DNA of 64,000 nucleotides from Flavobacteriales bacterium (GTDB lineage Bacteria; Bacteroidota; Bacteroidia; Flavobacteriales_F; PHOS-HE28): NCBI GenBank assembly GCA_016702645.1, contig JADJDP010000013.1, positions 20,143 to 84,142 of the forward strand, read 5' to 3'. Shown piece by piece: positions 49,997 to 59,903 of this stretch (position 1 is its first letter; each line of letters starts with the position of its first letter). The notes under the pieces were generated by a model. It saw only the letters and a program-made list of their open reading frames with translations, ran no database searches and was not told where the DNA came from. The position numbers and the translations under genes were made by a program.

Positions 49997-50266
49997 TCAC
50001 TTGCGCAGACCGAGCTTGCCGATGATGGCCCGGTAGCGTTCGATATCGTACATCTTCAGGTAGTTCAAGAGCTGCTTGCGCTTGCCTACCATGTCCGTCA
50101 GCGCCTTTTCGGTGCCGTGGTCCTTCTTGTTGGTCTTGAGGTGACCGGTCAGGTGGTTGATGCGCTCGGTGAAGAGTGCGATCTGGCTTTCGGCCCCACC
50201 GGTGTTCTTCTCAGAACCTCCGTGCTGTGTGAAAATGGCCTTCTTGGCCTCGTTGGTCAGGTACAT
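49997..50266 (-). CDS. rpsO: 30S ribosomal protein S15
   Basis: 89 aa. [39 protein letters not shown]. Confidence 0.9.
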   Translation of the reverse strand: MYLTNEAKKAIFTQHGGSEKNTGGAESQIALFTERINHLTGHLKTNKKDHGTEKALTDMVGKRKQLLNYLKMYDIERYRAIIGKLGLRK

Positions 50267-50285
50267 GGTCTTTCGAAACAGGCGG

Positions 50286-50293
50286 CAAATATA
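50286..50293 (-). promoter_or_regulatory. candidate -7 promoter box TATATTTG (minus strand) for rpsO
   Basis: Plus-strand CAAATATA, 19 nt upstream of the ATG at 50266. Confidence 0.45.
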
Positions 50294-50336
50294 GGTGCCC
50301 AACCCATACGCCGGAACCCGTGCATCAAGGTCCGCC

Positions 50337-51182
50337 TCAGCCCTTGAAGAGGGCGAACAGCCGGGCCAGGGTGGCCTTCAGGTCCTTGCGCTCCACGATC
50401 TTGTCCAAAAAGCCATGTTCCAACACGAACTCACTGGTCTGGAAGCCTTCGGGAAGGTCACGACCAATGGTTTCACGCACCACCCGGGGGCCTGCAAAAG
50501 CCACAAGTGCCTTGGGCTCAGCTATGTTGAGGTCGCCTAGCATGGCGAAGCTGGCGGTAACTCCCCCGGTCGTAGGGTCGGTTATGATGCTGATATACGG
50601 CAGCTTCTTCTTGGCCAATTGGGTGAGTTTGGCGCTGGTCTTGGCCATCTGCATCAGGCTGAAACCGGCTTCCATCATGCGGGCGCCACCGCTCTTGCTG
50701 ATGATGATGAAGGGGCACTTCCGCTTGAGCGCGACATCTGCCGCCAATGCGATCTTTTCACCCACCACACTGCCCATGCTGCCGCCGATGAAGCGGAAGT
50801 CCATGCAGGTGATCACCACATGGTGCTTGTCCAATTTTCCTTCCGCAGCGCGTAAGGCATCGTTCAAGCCGGTGTCCTTGCGGGTCTTGGCTAGGCGGTC
50901 CGTGTATTTCTTGGTGTCCTCGAAGACCAGCGGATCGCCGGCGATGAGGTCCGGGGCGATCTCGGTGAACTTGTGGTCGTCGAACAGGATGGCGAAGTAC
51001 TCCTCGCTACCGATCTTATCGTGGTACTGGCACTTGGAGCACACCCACAGGTTGTCCTCGTGATCTTCCGAGGTCATGATCTCCGAGCACTCCGGGCACT
51101 TGTACCAGAGGCCCTCGGGAGTTTCCTTCTTCTCCTCCGTACTGGTGGTGATGCCTTCCTTGACCCGTGTGAACCAACCCAT
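50337..51182 (-). CDS. accD: acetyl-CoA carboxylase carboxyltransferase beta subunit
   Basis: Zinc ribbon CPECSEI...CSKCQYH and the carboxyltransferase fold [13 protein letters not shown]. Confidence 0.9.
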   Translation of the reverse strand: MGWFTRVKEGITTSTEEKKETPEGLWYKCPECSEIMTSEDHEDNLWVCSKCQYHDKIGSEEYFAILFDDHKFTEIAPDLIAGDPLVFEDTKKYTDRLAKTRKDTGLNDALRAAEGKLDKHHVVITCMDFRFIGGSMGSVVGEKIALAADVALKRKCPFIIISKSGGARMMEAGFSLMQMAKTSAKLTQLAKKKLPYISIITDPTTGGVTASFAMLGDLNIAEPKALVAFAGPRVVRETIGRDLPEGFQTSEFVLEHGFLDKIVERKDLKATLARLFALFKG

Positions 51183-51194
51183 GAATGCAAAGAT

Positions 51195-51260
51195 GAAATA
51201 TGAAAGCTGAAAGCTGAAAGGGAATGCCGTCCGCCTTTCAGCTTTCAGCCTTCATATTTC
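51195..51260. terminator. 27-bp-stem hairpin built from GAAAGCT repeats, between fba and accD
   Basis: GAAATATGAAAGCTGAAAGCTGAAAGG, a 12-nt loop, then CCTTTCAGCTTTCAGCCTTCATATTTC. One mismatch in 27 bp. Confidence 0.6.
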
Positions 51261-51268
51261 CGCTATCC

Positions 51269-52338
51269 TCAAGCAACGGTGATGCCCTTGTCCAGATAAA
51301 CGTCCTGTATCGCGTTGAGCAGGCCGATCCCCTCGCCCACGGGACGCTGGAACGCCTTGCGACCACTGATGAGGCCCTGGCCGCCTGCTCGCTTGTTGAT
51401 CACTGCCGTCTTCACCGCTTCGGCCATATCGCTGGCACCACTGCTGGCACCGCCACTGTTGATGAGGCCTATGCGACCCATGTAACAGTTGGCAACTTGG
51501 TAGCGGCACAGATCGATCGGGTGGTCGCTGCTGAGATCGCTGTACACCTTCTTGTGCGTCTTGCCGTAGCCGCTGATCGCGTTGTACCCACCGTTGGTCT
51601 CGGGAAGTTTCTGCTTGATGATGTCCGCCTGTATGGTGACACCCAGATGGTTCGCCTGACCCGTGAGGTCAGCTGCCGTGTGGTAGTCCTTGCCATCCAC
51701 CTTGAAGCCGGGGCTGCGCAAGTAGCACCAAAGGATGGTGGCCATGCCCAACTCGTGCGCGTGCTGGAACGCATTGGCGATCTCCGTGATCTGCCGCGTG
51801 CTCTCCTCACTTCCGAAATAGATGGTGGCACCCACGGCCACAGCACCCATGTCCCATGCGCTCTCCACGGTTCCGAACAGGACCTGGTCGAACTTGTTGG
51901 GGTTCGTCATCAATTCGTTGTGATTGATCTTGACGATGTACGGGATCTTGTGCGCGTACTTCCGCGCAGTGGAACCAAGCACACCATAGGTCGAGGCAAC
52001 CGCGTTGCACCCGCCCTCCAAAGCGAGCTTCACGATGTTCTCGGGATCGAAGTAGGCCGGGTTGGGGCGAAGCTGGCACCACCGCTGTGTTCGATCCCCT
52101 GGTCAACCGGAAGGATGCTCACGTAACCGGTGTTCGCCAAGCGGCCGGTGCCATAAAGCGCCTGCATGCTGCGCATCACCTGCGGACTGCGGTTGCTCTG
52201 GGCAAAGCTTCGGTCCACGAAGTCGGGGCCGGGCAGGTGCAACTGGCTTTTGTCGATGGTCTTGCTGGTATGCTGGAGCAGGCTCGCTGCGTCAGCACCG
52301 AGGAGCTCTTCGATCTTCCCGAGGGTGAGAGTAGGCAT
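51269..52338 (-). CDS. class I fructose-bisphosphate aldolase (FbaB/DhnA family); frame broken once (ORFs 52030..52419 and 51269..52033)
   Basis: [10 protein letters not shown], then IVKINHN and DIIKQK. Adding one base at 52062-52067 restores ..[24 protein letters not shown]. Start at MPTLTLGK (52338). Confidence 0.8.
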
Positions 52339-52364
52339 GTGGTTCTCGCTGATTGAGAGGGCCG

Positions 52365-52372
52365 CAAATGTA
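52365..52372 (-). promoter_or_regulatory. candidate -7 promoter box TACATTTG (minus strand) for fba
   Basis: Plus-strand CAAATGTA, 26 nt upstream of the ATG at 52338. Confidence 0.45.
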
Positions 52373-52523
52373 GGGCAGGGGTCAAAGAAGGCAGGAGCGG
52401 CCGGCAGGAGCAGGGGCAAGTATGCTATCGAGCGGACAACGGTTCTCCTCCTGCCTTCATGCCTGAGGCGTCAGGTATCGAAGACCAAGTGCTTGCTTCT
52501 GCCAACTGCCCCTTGAGTCCAGC

Positions 52524-55046
52524 CTAGAACGGATACCCGATACCCAAGTTGAAGTTGAGTTGGGGCTTGTATGGCGCGGGTACGCCCAGTTCGGTGAGCT
52601 GCGCCTCCTATCCGTCCTTGGGCTGGAAGAGCCAGCGCTCTCCTTCTGGCAGGGACGGGTCTTTGGTCTGCAATCCTAGATCGAAGCGGACAATGAAAAA
52701 ATCGAAGTTCAATCGGGCACCCACACCGGTGCCCACCGCCAGCTCGCTCAGGAACTTCCCGCTTATGGCGGCCCCTGGTTTTCGCACATCCTCCTTGAAG
52801 TTCCAGATGTTGCCCACATCCAGGAAAAAGGCACCTTCCAAGAAGCCGATCAACTTGAAACGGTACTCCGCATTCCCTTCCAGACGGATCTCTCCGATGC
52901 GATCGAACGCGACCAACGGGGCATTGTAGGACCCAGGACCTATGGAACGCGCACGCCATGCGCGCAGCCCGTTGGCACCGCCCACGAAGAAGCTCGTTTC
53001 GAAGGGCAGCACGCCAAGATTGCCGAAGGGTAGGCCGGCACCGGCCGCTGCGCGGAAGGCCAGGCTGCTCTTGTCATGCAGGTTGTGTCGCCAGCGTAGG
53101 TCCACATCCAGCTTGGTGAATTCAGCATAGCGCACGTCGAACAGGGTGAAGAAGGAATTCCCGACGGTGTCGGTGGTCACTGGGGCATCGAACAGTTCAT
53201 TGATGCCGCGCAACAAGGTCCCGGCGGATTCGAGCACGGCGCGACCGAAGAACGAATTGACCTTGTCCTCGCCTTCCGGAGTGGAGTACGTGAACGCCAA
53301 CCGGGAACTGCCGATCAAGTGGTCCGTGTAGCTGTCCCGCAGCACAGGGTCGTTCGCCAGTTGCAGGTATTCCTGGAAGGCATCGGAGCGTTGCGGGATC
53401 TTGATCGCGTTCAGTTCGATCGGGAAAATGCCCACCGTCATCGAACGTGATTCCTGCCATTGGACCCCCAGCGAGATCTTCGCCAAGGAACGTGTGTAGT
53501 CAGGCCTTCGCTGATAATTGTAGAGACCGTTGATCAGCAACCGCGACCCGCTCGATTTGCTGAACAGTTCCTTACCGAAGACCTTCTCGAACAATCCCGA
53601 GAACGGACGCGGGAACCCCAGCGTTATCTCCGGGCCGATGCTCACCGTGTTGAAGACGGAACCCGTGCCCAAACCACCGGTCGTCTCCGTGTCGGTATTG
53701 CTGTCGCCGCCGGTGATGCGCTGTTGTGCTTCCAGGCCGACACTGATCTGCGCCCGCAATGAACCCAACGTGGCGAAGAGGTTCCGGTGCTTGAAGCCGA
53801 GGCTCACCGAGGTGCCCAACGCGCCGCCACGGTTGGTGCCGAAGCCTTCCAACGACATGCTCTGTTCTTTGCCCGGCAGAAGGGAGATCCGTGCGTTCGC
53901 CATGCCCGACGTGCGTGTCCCGGTGGTGTCATAGCTGATTTCCACGCGGTCGAAAACGTTGAGGCCGGTCAGGCGGCGATAGGTCTTGTCCGCATTGCTC
54001 TGCCGGAAGCGGTCCTCGGGATGCAGGAACACGGGATGCAGAAGCGCTTTTGGCCTGTATTCAAGTCGGTCGCGATAGAGGAACCGATAGCCGAGCGAAT
54101 CCACGGTGTCCACGCGCAGTTGGGCACTGCCCCGCTGTTGCCTGTAAGCTGCGATCGTGACGTCCTGTATGCTGTACACCGTTCCTTCAGGTGTCCCCTT
54201 CAAGCCACGCTTGGTGCGAGCCACAGGGCGCTCGAAGCGGAGCACAAGATCCACTTGGTGGCCTTCCACCGTGGTATCCGCATCGTATTGGATCAGGTCC
54301 CGGTTGAAGTAGAGGTAGCCATCGTCACGCAGCATGGTGGTGATGCGTGTGCGCTCCTCGTCCAGCACATCATCATCGAACCGTTCGCCTATCTTGAGCA
54401 AGGATGCCTCCCACGTTCGCGTCACCAATTGCAGGATCCTGGGGTCGTCCACTTCAAAGCTGATGTTGCGCAGGCGGTACATCGGACCCGGGTCCACACG
54501 ATAGGTGACCACGGCTTTCGGTTGGCGCGTGCGCCCGCCGTACCAACGTCGGTCCTTCAACACCACCGTGTCGTTCACGGTGGCCTTGAACCAACCTTCC
54601 TTCGCCAGATAGAGGCGGATCTGTTCAGCTGACTTCTTCGTTAGCGTGCTATCCACGATCACGGGTGCTTCGCCCACGGTCGCGCGCAGCCACTCCGCCC
54701 GGGTGCGTTTGTAGGGCTTGGGTTCCTTTCCCTTCGCCGTGCGCCGCTCGTTCTTCCTGTCGATCCGTGCGTCCTTCTTCGCCTGCCACTGGGGGATCTT
54801 CTCCGGGTTGGGCAGGTTGTAGGTATGCAGGTAGAAGGGCACCCAGAGGATCCGCTTGTTGGGCTTCTGCTTCATGATGGGCTCCAACTCCGCTGGATCC
54901 ACCGCGTTGTCCACCACGTCCACTTTGTTGCGCTTCAGCAGGTAGCTGCCTTGGGGCACGCGACGGGTGGGGTCGCAGCCCGCGAGGAGGATCGATCCCG
55001 CGAGGACTGCTGCGATATGCCGGTGCTTGATCAGCAAGTGGAACAT
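52524..55046 (-). CDS. Omp85/BamA-TamA family outer membrane protein (lipobox N-terminus) interrupted by an in-frame TAG at 52608-52610
   Basis: Start at MFHLLIKH..LLAGC (55046). Surface-antigen barrel strings FFVGGANGLRAW, GNAEYRF and FLDVGNIW. 27 more sense codons after the TAG end in LNFNLGIGYPF-stop (52524). Confidence 0.75.
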
Positions 55047-55120
55047 CCCGATCGCTCGGGAGTGGGGCGCGGCGGAACTAATTTGCACGCCGCTTGCGCA
55101 TTTGCGCCAGCGGGCAGTGC

Positions 55121-55128
55121 CAAATATA
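55121..55128 (-). promoter_or_regulatory. candidate -7 promoter box TATATTTG (minus strand) for the Omp85-family gene
   Basis: Plus-strand CAAATATA, 74 nt upstream of the ATG at 55046, in the divergent intergenic region. Confidence 0.4.
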
Positions 55129-55136
55129 TCCGTGAG

Positions 55137-55883
55137 GTGAGCAACAAGAGCGAGTTGAAGCGGGTGCGGGCACTCCACCAAAAGAAGTACCGCGAAGAGG
55201 AAGGCGTGTTCCTGGTGCAGGGCGTCAAGCTCGTGATCGAGTTGCTTGCGAGCGGCTGGCCGGTGGAGGCGATCCATGCCACGGTAACGGCCGCTCCACA
55301 TGTTCGGCATCCGCAGTTGCAGATCTGGCCGGACTATGACGTGGAACGCATGGGCACATTGGAGCACGGCAACGAGGTGGTGGCCGTGGTGAAGCGCCCG
55401 GATCGATCCCAATTCGCTCCCTTGGGTATCGATGAGTTGGTGCTTGCCCTTGATGGCATCGCCGATCCAGGCAACATGGGCACCCTTCTGCGCATCGCCG
55501 ATTGGTTCGGGGTGAAGCGGGTCCTGTGCAGCGTGGACTGCGTGGAGGAGTTCAACCCCAAGTGCGTGCAGGCGAGCATGGGGTCCATTTTCAGGGTGGA
55601 ATTGCACCGTGTGCATCTGCCGCGTATGCTGGACGAACTGCGCTCAGCAGGTGTTTCGCTCTACATGGCCACCATGGAAGGCGAGCCGGTCTTCGAACTG
55701 GAATTGAAGCGCTCGGGTGTTCTCATCCTCGGCAGCGAATCGCATGGTCCGTCGGACGAGGTGCGCGCCTTGAAGGCTCAGGCGATCAGCATCCCACGAG
55801 TTGGTGGGGCGGAATCGCTCAACGTGGCTGCCGCCGCGAGCGCCCTATGCATGGAGTTCTTGCGTCAACGCTTGGCCCCATAG
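55137..55883 (+). CDS. TrmH/SpoU family RNA 2'-O-methyltransferase
   Basis: Likely GTG start at 55137 (VSNKSELK). DGIADPGNMGTLLR, ILGSESHG and IPRVGGAESLNVAAA motifs. Confidence 0.8.
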   Translation: MSNKSELKRVRALHQKKYREEEGVFLVQGVKLVIELLASGWPVEAIHATVTAAPHVRHPQLQIWPDYDVERMGTLEHGNEVVAVVKRPDRSQFAPLGIDELVLALDGIADPGNMGTLLRIADWFGVKRVLCSVDCVEEFNPKCVQASMGSIFRVELHRVHLPRMLDELRSAGVSLYMATMEGEPVFELELKRSGVLILGSESHGPSDEVRALKAQAISIPRVGGAESLNVAAAASALCMEFLRQRLAP

Positions 55884-57414
55884 CGCAGACCGATATGATC
55901 GGCCACGCGCTGGCCATCCATGGCTGCGCTCACGATCCCGCCCGCATAGCCCGCTCCTTCCCCGCAAGGGTAAAGTCCTTTCACTTCCACATGTTCGAGA
56001 GAGGTCGGATCACGCGGAATGCGTACCGGCGAGCTCGTCCTTGATTCCACTGCGACCACCACGGCCTCGTTGGTGCGGTAGCCGCGCATCTTCCTGCCGA
56101 ACTCCTTCAGGCCTTCGCGCAAGCGCGATGCGATCACGATCGGCAGGAGCTCATCCACGCGGTAGGAGACGATCCCCGGCGGGTAGCTGCACTCGGGAAG
56201 ATCGGTGGAAAGCCGGCCTTGGATGAAGTCGTCCAAGCGCTGGGCCGGAGCCGTTTGCCTTTCGCCGCCCGCCTTCCACGCGGCATGCTCCACGTTGTGC
56301 TGGTAGAACATGCCGCTGAGCGGATCATCGTTGTGCATGGCTGCGGGCGCTTGCACAACGATCCCGGAATTGGCGAACGGATTGTTGCGCTTGCTCGGGC
56401 TCCAGCCATTGGTCACCACTTCATCCTGTGCCGTTGCGCAGGGGGCAATGATCCCGCCGGGGCACATACAGAAGGAATATACACCCAAACCTTCCACCTG
56501 CTGCACGAGGCTGTAGCTCGCTGGCGGAAGCAAGGGATCTCGCACAGCGCAGTGGTATTGAGCTGCATCAATGATCGACTGCGGATGTTCCACGCGCACA
56601 CCGAGGGCGAAGTCCTTGCGCTCGATGCGCACGCCTTTGTCCGCAAGGAGCCGGAAGATGTCGCGGGCGGAATGGCCCGTTGCAAGCACGACCGCATCGG
56701 ATCGCAACGCGGAACCATCGGCGAGCACCACGCCGCGGGTTGTCCCGTTCTCGATCATCAGGTCGGTCACGCGGCTGTTGAAGCGCACCTCACCACCACA
56801 AGCAAGGATCGCCATGCGCATGGCGGTGATGATGCCCGGCAACTTGTTCGTGCCAATGTGCGGATGCGCGTCCACGAGGATATCAGGCGAAGCACCGAAG
56901 GCCACCAGCGTTCGCAGCACACCTTCCACGTCGCCGCGCTTGTGACTGCGGGTGTACAGCTTGCCATCGCTGTAGGTGCCGGCACCGCCTTCCCCGAAAC
57001 AATAGTTGCTGTCCGGGTCCACGATGTGTTCGCGGTTGATCACCGCCAGATCACGCCGACGCGCACGCACGTCCTTGCCGCGTTCCAAGACGATCGGTCG
57101 CAGTCCTTGCTCCGCGCAGCGCAGGGCACAGAACAAACCAGCCGGACCAGCGCCCACGATGATGATTCGGGTGCCTTGCCCACATCGGGCAACGTGGGCG
57201 GCTCGATCACCAGCTCTTCCAGCACCTCCTTGCTCACGAGCACGCGCAAACGGATGCGTGGAGATCGGCTTCGTGCATCGATGGATCTTTTGAGGATGCG
57301 CGAAGTGGAGGCTGTTCCCTTCTTCAGCCCAGCGGCTTCCTCGGCGGCCTCGCGAACGATCACGGGATCCGCCGCTTCCACGGGGGACAATGCGATGTCC
57401 ACCGTGTGGCCCAT
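55865..57414 (-). CDS. NAD(P)/FAD-dependent oxidoreductase (COG2509-like); frame broken once (ORFs 57040..58182 C-terminal part and 55865..57157)
   Basis: Start MGHTVDIALSP at 57414. A frame change near 57170-57180 restores ..TRIIIVGAGPAGLFCALR (GxGxxG). C-terminal GEGAGYAGGI. Confidence 0.7.
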
Positions 57415-57416
57415 GG

Positions 57417-58140
57417 TCAACCCTCGAAGGTGAAGGTGAGGACCCAGGCCTTGGAGCGCAAGCTCTCGATGGGGGTGCTGAAGCGCGTATCGTCGTCGAT
57501 GAGCAAATTCGGGGATCCCCCAGCTCGCTTTGAGCTCCACCCCGAACTTGAAATAGGGGAGGAACATGTCCACGCCGCCTCCTGCCTCCACGCCGTAGTC
57601 ATACTTGGCCAGCTTGATCACCACTTCATCGTCCAGCGCATTGTTCACGTCCTTCTGGCTGGCCATGTCGATGGCGAACTTGCCACCGCCGAGCACGTAC
57701 ACCGCGAAGTTGTTGATACGGTCGCTCCTGAACTTGGCCAGCAGTGGGAACTCGAGGTAAGTGCTTTCCACCGGCTTCGCGAAATAGACGGATACCCCAT
57801 CGCTCTTCCGGAACTGGTATTGAAGAATGCGCTCCTGGAAAGAGAGCGTGGGCAGGAAGCGCAAGCTCAAGTTGCGGTTCACGTTCAGCGAAGCCACGAT
57901 GCCGAGGTTGAACCCCGGTTGCTTCTGGTGGTCCAGTACCAGCAGCGAATCGATGAAGCGCGACTCGGGTTTCAACTTCACGTTCAGGTCGCTGGTATTG
58001 TAGCTGAGAAGGAAACCGAAGTGGAAGCGCCGTAGATCGAAGTTGGGCAGGTTCTCCGTGACGATGCGCTGCTGTGCGAACAACGAAGCGGTAACAAGCA
58101 GCAAGCAGCCAAGGACGAGGGAGCGCGCGCGAAGGATCAT
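57417..58140 (-). CDS. porT: PorT/SprT family outer membrane beta-barrel protein (T9SS-associated); frame broken once (ORFs 57040..58182 N-terminal part and 57417..57602)
   Basis: Signal peptide MILRARSLVLGCLLLVTASLFAQ. FGFLLSYN and YLEFPLLAKF. Removing one base at 57511-57520 restores ..ELKASWG.PNLLIDDDTRFSTPIESLRSKAWVLTFTFEG-stop. Lies immediately downstream of ubiE. Confidence 0.65.
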
Positions 58141-58194
58141 GGATGTGGCAACGAAAGTAGGGATCGATCCTTGTGTGTTCAATGAGAACGCGGG

Positions 58195-58911
58195 TCACTT
58201 CCTCGCGGTATACAAGGTCGCGATACCGCCCGTAAGCGCCTCCGCCTTCGCTTCTCGCAAGCCACACTTTTCCAGGATATGCACGAAGGCTTCTCCATCC
58301 GGGAAAGCATCCACGCTCTTGGGCAGGTAGGTGTAGGCGGCGTTGTCCTTGCTGACCAGCTTGCCAACGAAGGGCATCACGCGGTGGAAGTAGAAGCGGA
58401 AGAGGCCGCCGAGCAGGTTGTTGCGCGGCTTGCTGAACTCCAGCACGAAGAGGCGGCCGTTGGGCTTGAGCACGCGGGCCATGTCCGCGATGCCGCGTTC
58501 GAGGTCCTCGAAGTTGCGCACGCCGAAGGCGACGGTGATCGCATCGAAGCTGGCATCGGGAAAGGGTAGCGCGGCGCTATCGGCGCGTTGCAGGGTGATG
58601 CGGTCTTCGAGCTTGCGTGCCTTCACCTTCGTGCGGCCGTGGGCGAGCATGCCTTCGCTGATGTCCACGCCGGTGACGTGCTTCACCTTTTTGGCGGCGA
58701 GGATAGCGAGGTCGGCGGTGCCGGTGGCGACATCGAGCAGCGTCTCCACGGGTTCGCTGGCTAAGAGTCGGATCACCTTGCGACGCCATCCTTGGTCCAC
58801 GCCCATGGAGAAGACACGGTTGAGCAGGTCGTACTTCGGCGAGATGGTGTCGAACATGTGTTCGACCTGCTGGCGCTTGGAGCCGTCCTCGGTATAGGGC
58901 TTCACCGTCAT
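58195..58911 (-). CDS. ubiE: demethylmenaquinone / ubiquinone-menaquinone biosynthesis C-methyltransferase
   Basis: VEHMFDTISPKYDLLNRVFSMGVDQGWRR and LDVATGTAD. Start at MTVKPY (58911). Confidence 0.85.
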   Translation of the reverse strand: MTVKPYTEDGSKRQQVEHMFDTISPKYDLLNRVFSMGVDQGWRRKVIRLLASEPVETLLDVATGTADLAILAAKKVKHVTGVDISEGMLAHGRTKVKARKLEDRITLQRADSAALPFPDASFDAITVAFGVRNFEDLERGIADMARVLKPNGRLFVLEFSKPRNNLLGGLFRFYFHRVMPFVGKLVSKDNAAYTYLPKSVDAFPDGEAFVHILEKCGLREAKAEALTGGIATLYTARK

Positions 58912-59903
58912 GCGGGCAGCCCAAGTCGTTCGCACTCGCTGCGGAAGCGCTCTTTGTTGATGGGCACCACGCCCACTTCTTCGCACACAAGGCCACCGGC
59001 AAGGTTGGCGAGTTGTGCTAGTTGTTCGGCAGGCAGTCCTTGTGCAAGTGCGAGCGATGCCACGGCGATCACCGTATCGCCCGCACCGCTCACGTCGAGG
59101 ATCTTGCGCGGGTGCGCAGCGATCGTTGAAGCGGCTCCTCCTTCATGCACGAATGCACCGTTTTCGCTCAACGTGATGAGCGAGATACGATCGCCAAGCT
59201 TGTTTTCCAGTTGGGTCACTGCTTGCTTCACGCTCTCACTGTCCAAGGGGTCCACATCCACTTTCAGGCCTTCGCGCAATTCCTTCAGGTTCGGCTTGAA
59301 CAGGTCAACACCGCGATAGGCGAAGAAGTTCTTCTTCTTGGGATCCACTGCAGTTGGTATTCCTGCCGCTTTCGCTGCTGCGATCGTACCGGCGATCACC
59401 GCTTCGGAAAGCACACCCTTGTTGTAATCCTCGAAGATGAGCACCCCGGGTTTGGAGGAGCGGATCAATGCCGTAACAGTATCCACTACACGTCCTGCGT
59501 CGGCTGCTGAAAGGTCGTCATCCTGTTCCTCGTCCACGCGCACCACGTGTTGTTGCGCGCTGATCACGCGCGTCTTCACGGTGGTGCGTCGTGCGGTGGA
59601 TCGCATGATGCCACGAGTATCCAGTCCCTGTTCCGCGAACAGTTTCAAGAGCAATGCTGCGTTGTCATCGTCGCCCACCACGCTCACCACGACGGGCGTT
59701 GCTCCGAGCGCCTTCAGGTTGAGCGCCACATTGGCTGCACCACCCAAACGCGCACTGCGCTCGGTGACCTGCACAACCGGCACAGGTGCTTCCGGCGAAA
59801 TGCGATCGATCCTTCCCCAGAGATAGGCATCCACCATCACATCGCCCACCACGATCACCGTGGTCTTCTCCGCCTTCTGCAGGAAGGAAGCGATCGTGCT
59901 CAT
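58908..59903 (-). CDS. PfkB-family sugar kinase (RfaE domain I-like heptose-7-phosphate kinase)
   Basis: VVGDVMVDAYLWG...ISPEAPVPVV and C-terminal DVSGAGDTVIA. Start at MSTIASF (59903). Confidence 0.7.
   Translation of the reverse strand: MSTIASFLQKAEKTTVIVVGDVMVDAYLWGRIDRISPEAPVPVVQVTERSARLGGAANVALNLKALGATPVVVSVVGDDDNAALLLKLFAEQGLDTRGIMRSTARRTTVKTRVISAQQHVVRVDEEQDDDLSAADAGRVVDTVTALIRSSKPGVLIFEDYNKGVLSEAVIAGTIAAAKAAGIPTAVDPKKKNFFAYRGVDLFKPNLKELREGLKVDVDPLDSESVKQAVTQLENKLGDRISLITLSENGAFVHEGGAASTIAAHPRKILDVSGAGDTVIAVASLALAQGLPAEQLAQLANLAGGLVCEEVGVVPINKERFRSECERLGLPA

Noticed and set aside
47848-50025. 725-aa plus-strand ORF.
   Set aside because: It is antisense to the clearly recognisable pnp gene. 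It has the Ala/Gly/His/Val-rich composition typical of shadow ORFs in GC-rich DNA.
55047-55616. 190-aa N-terminal extension of ORF 52608..55616, and the 5' extension of ORF 54825..55883 (54825-55136).
   Set aside because: The extensions run antisense through the neighbouring divergent gene. The real starts are the lipobox-bearing MFHLLIKH (55046) and a GTG at 55137. A -7 box lies in the true intergenic region.
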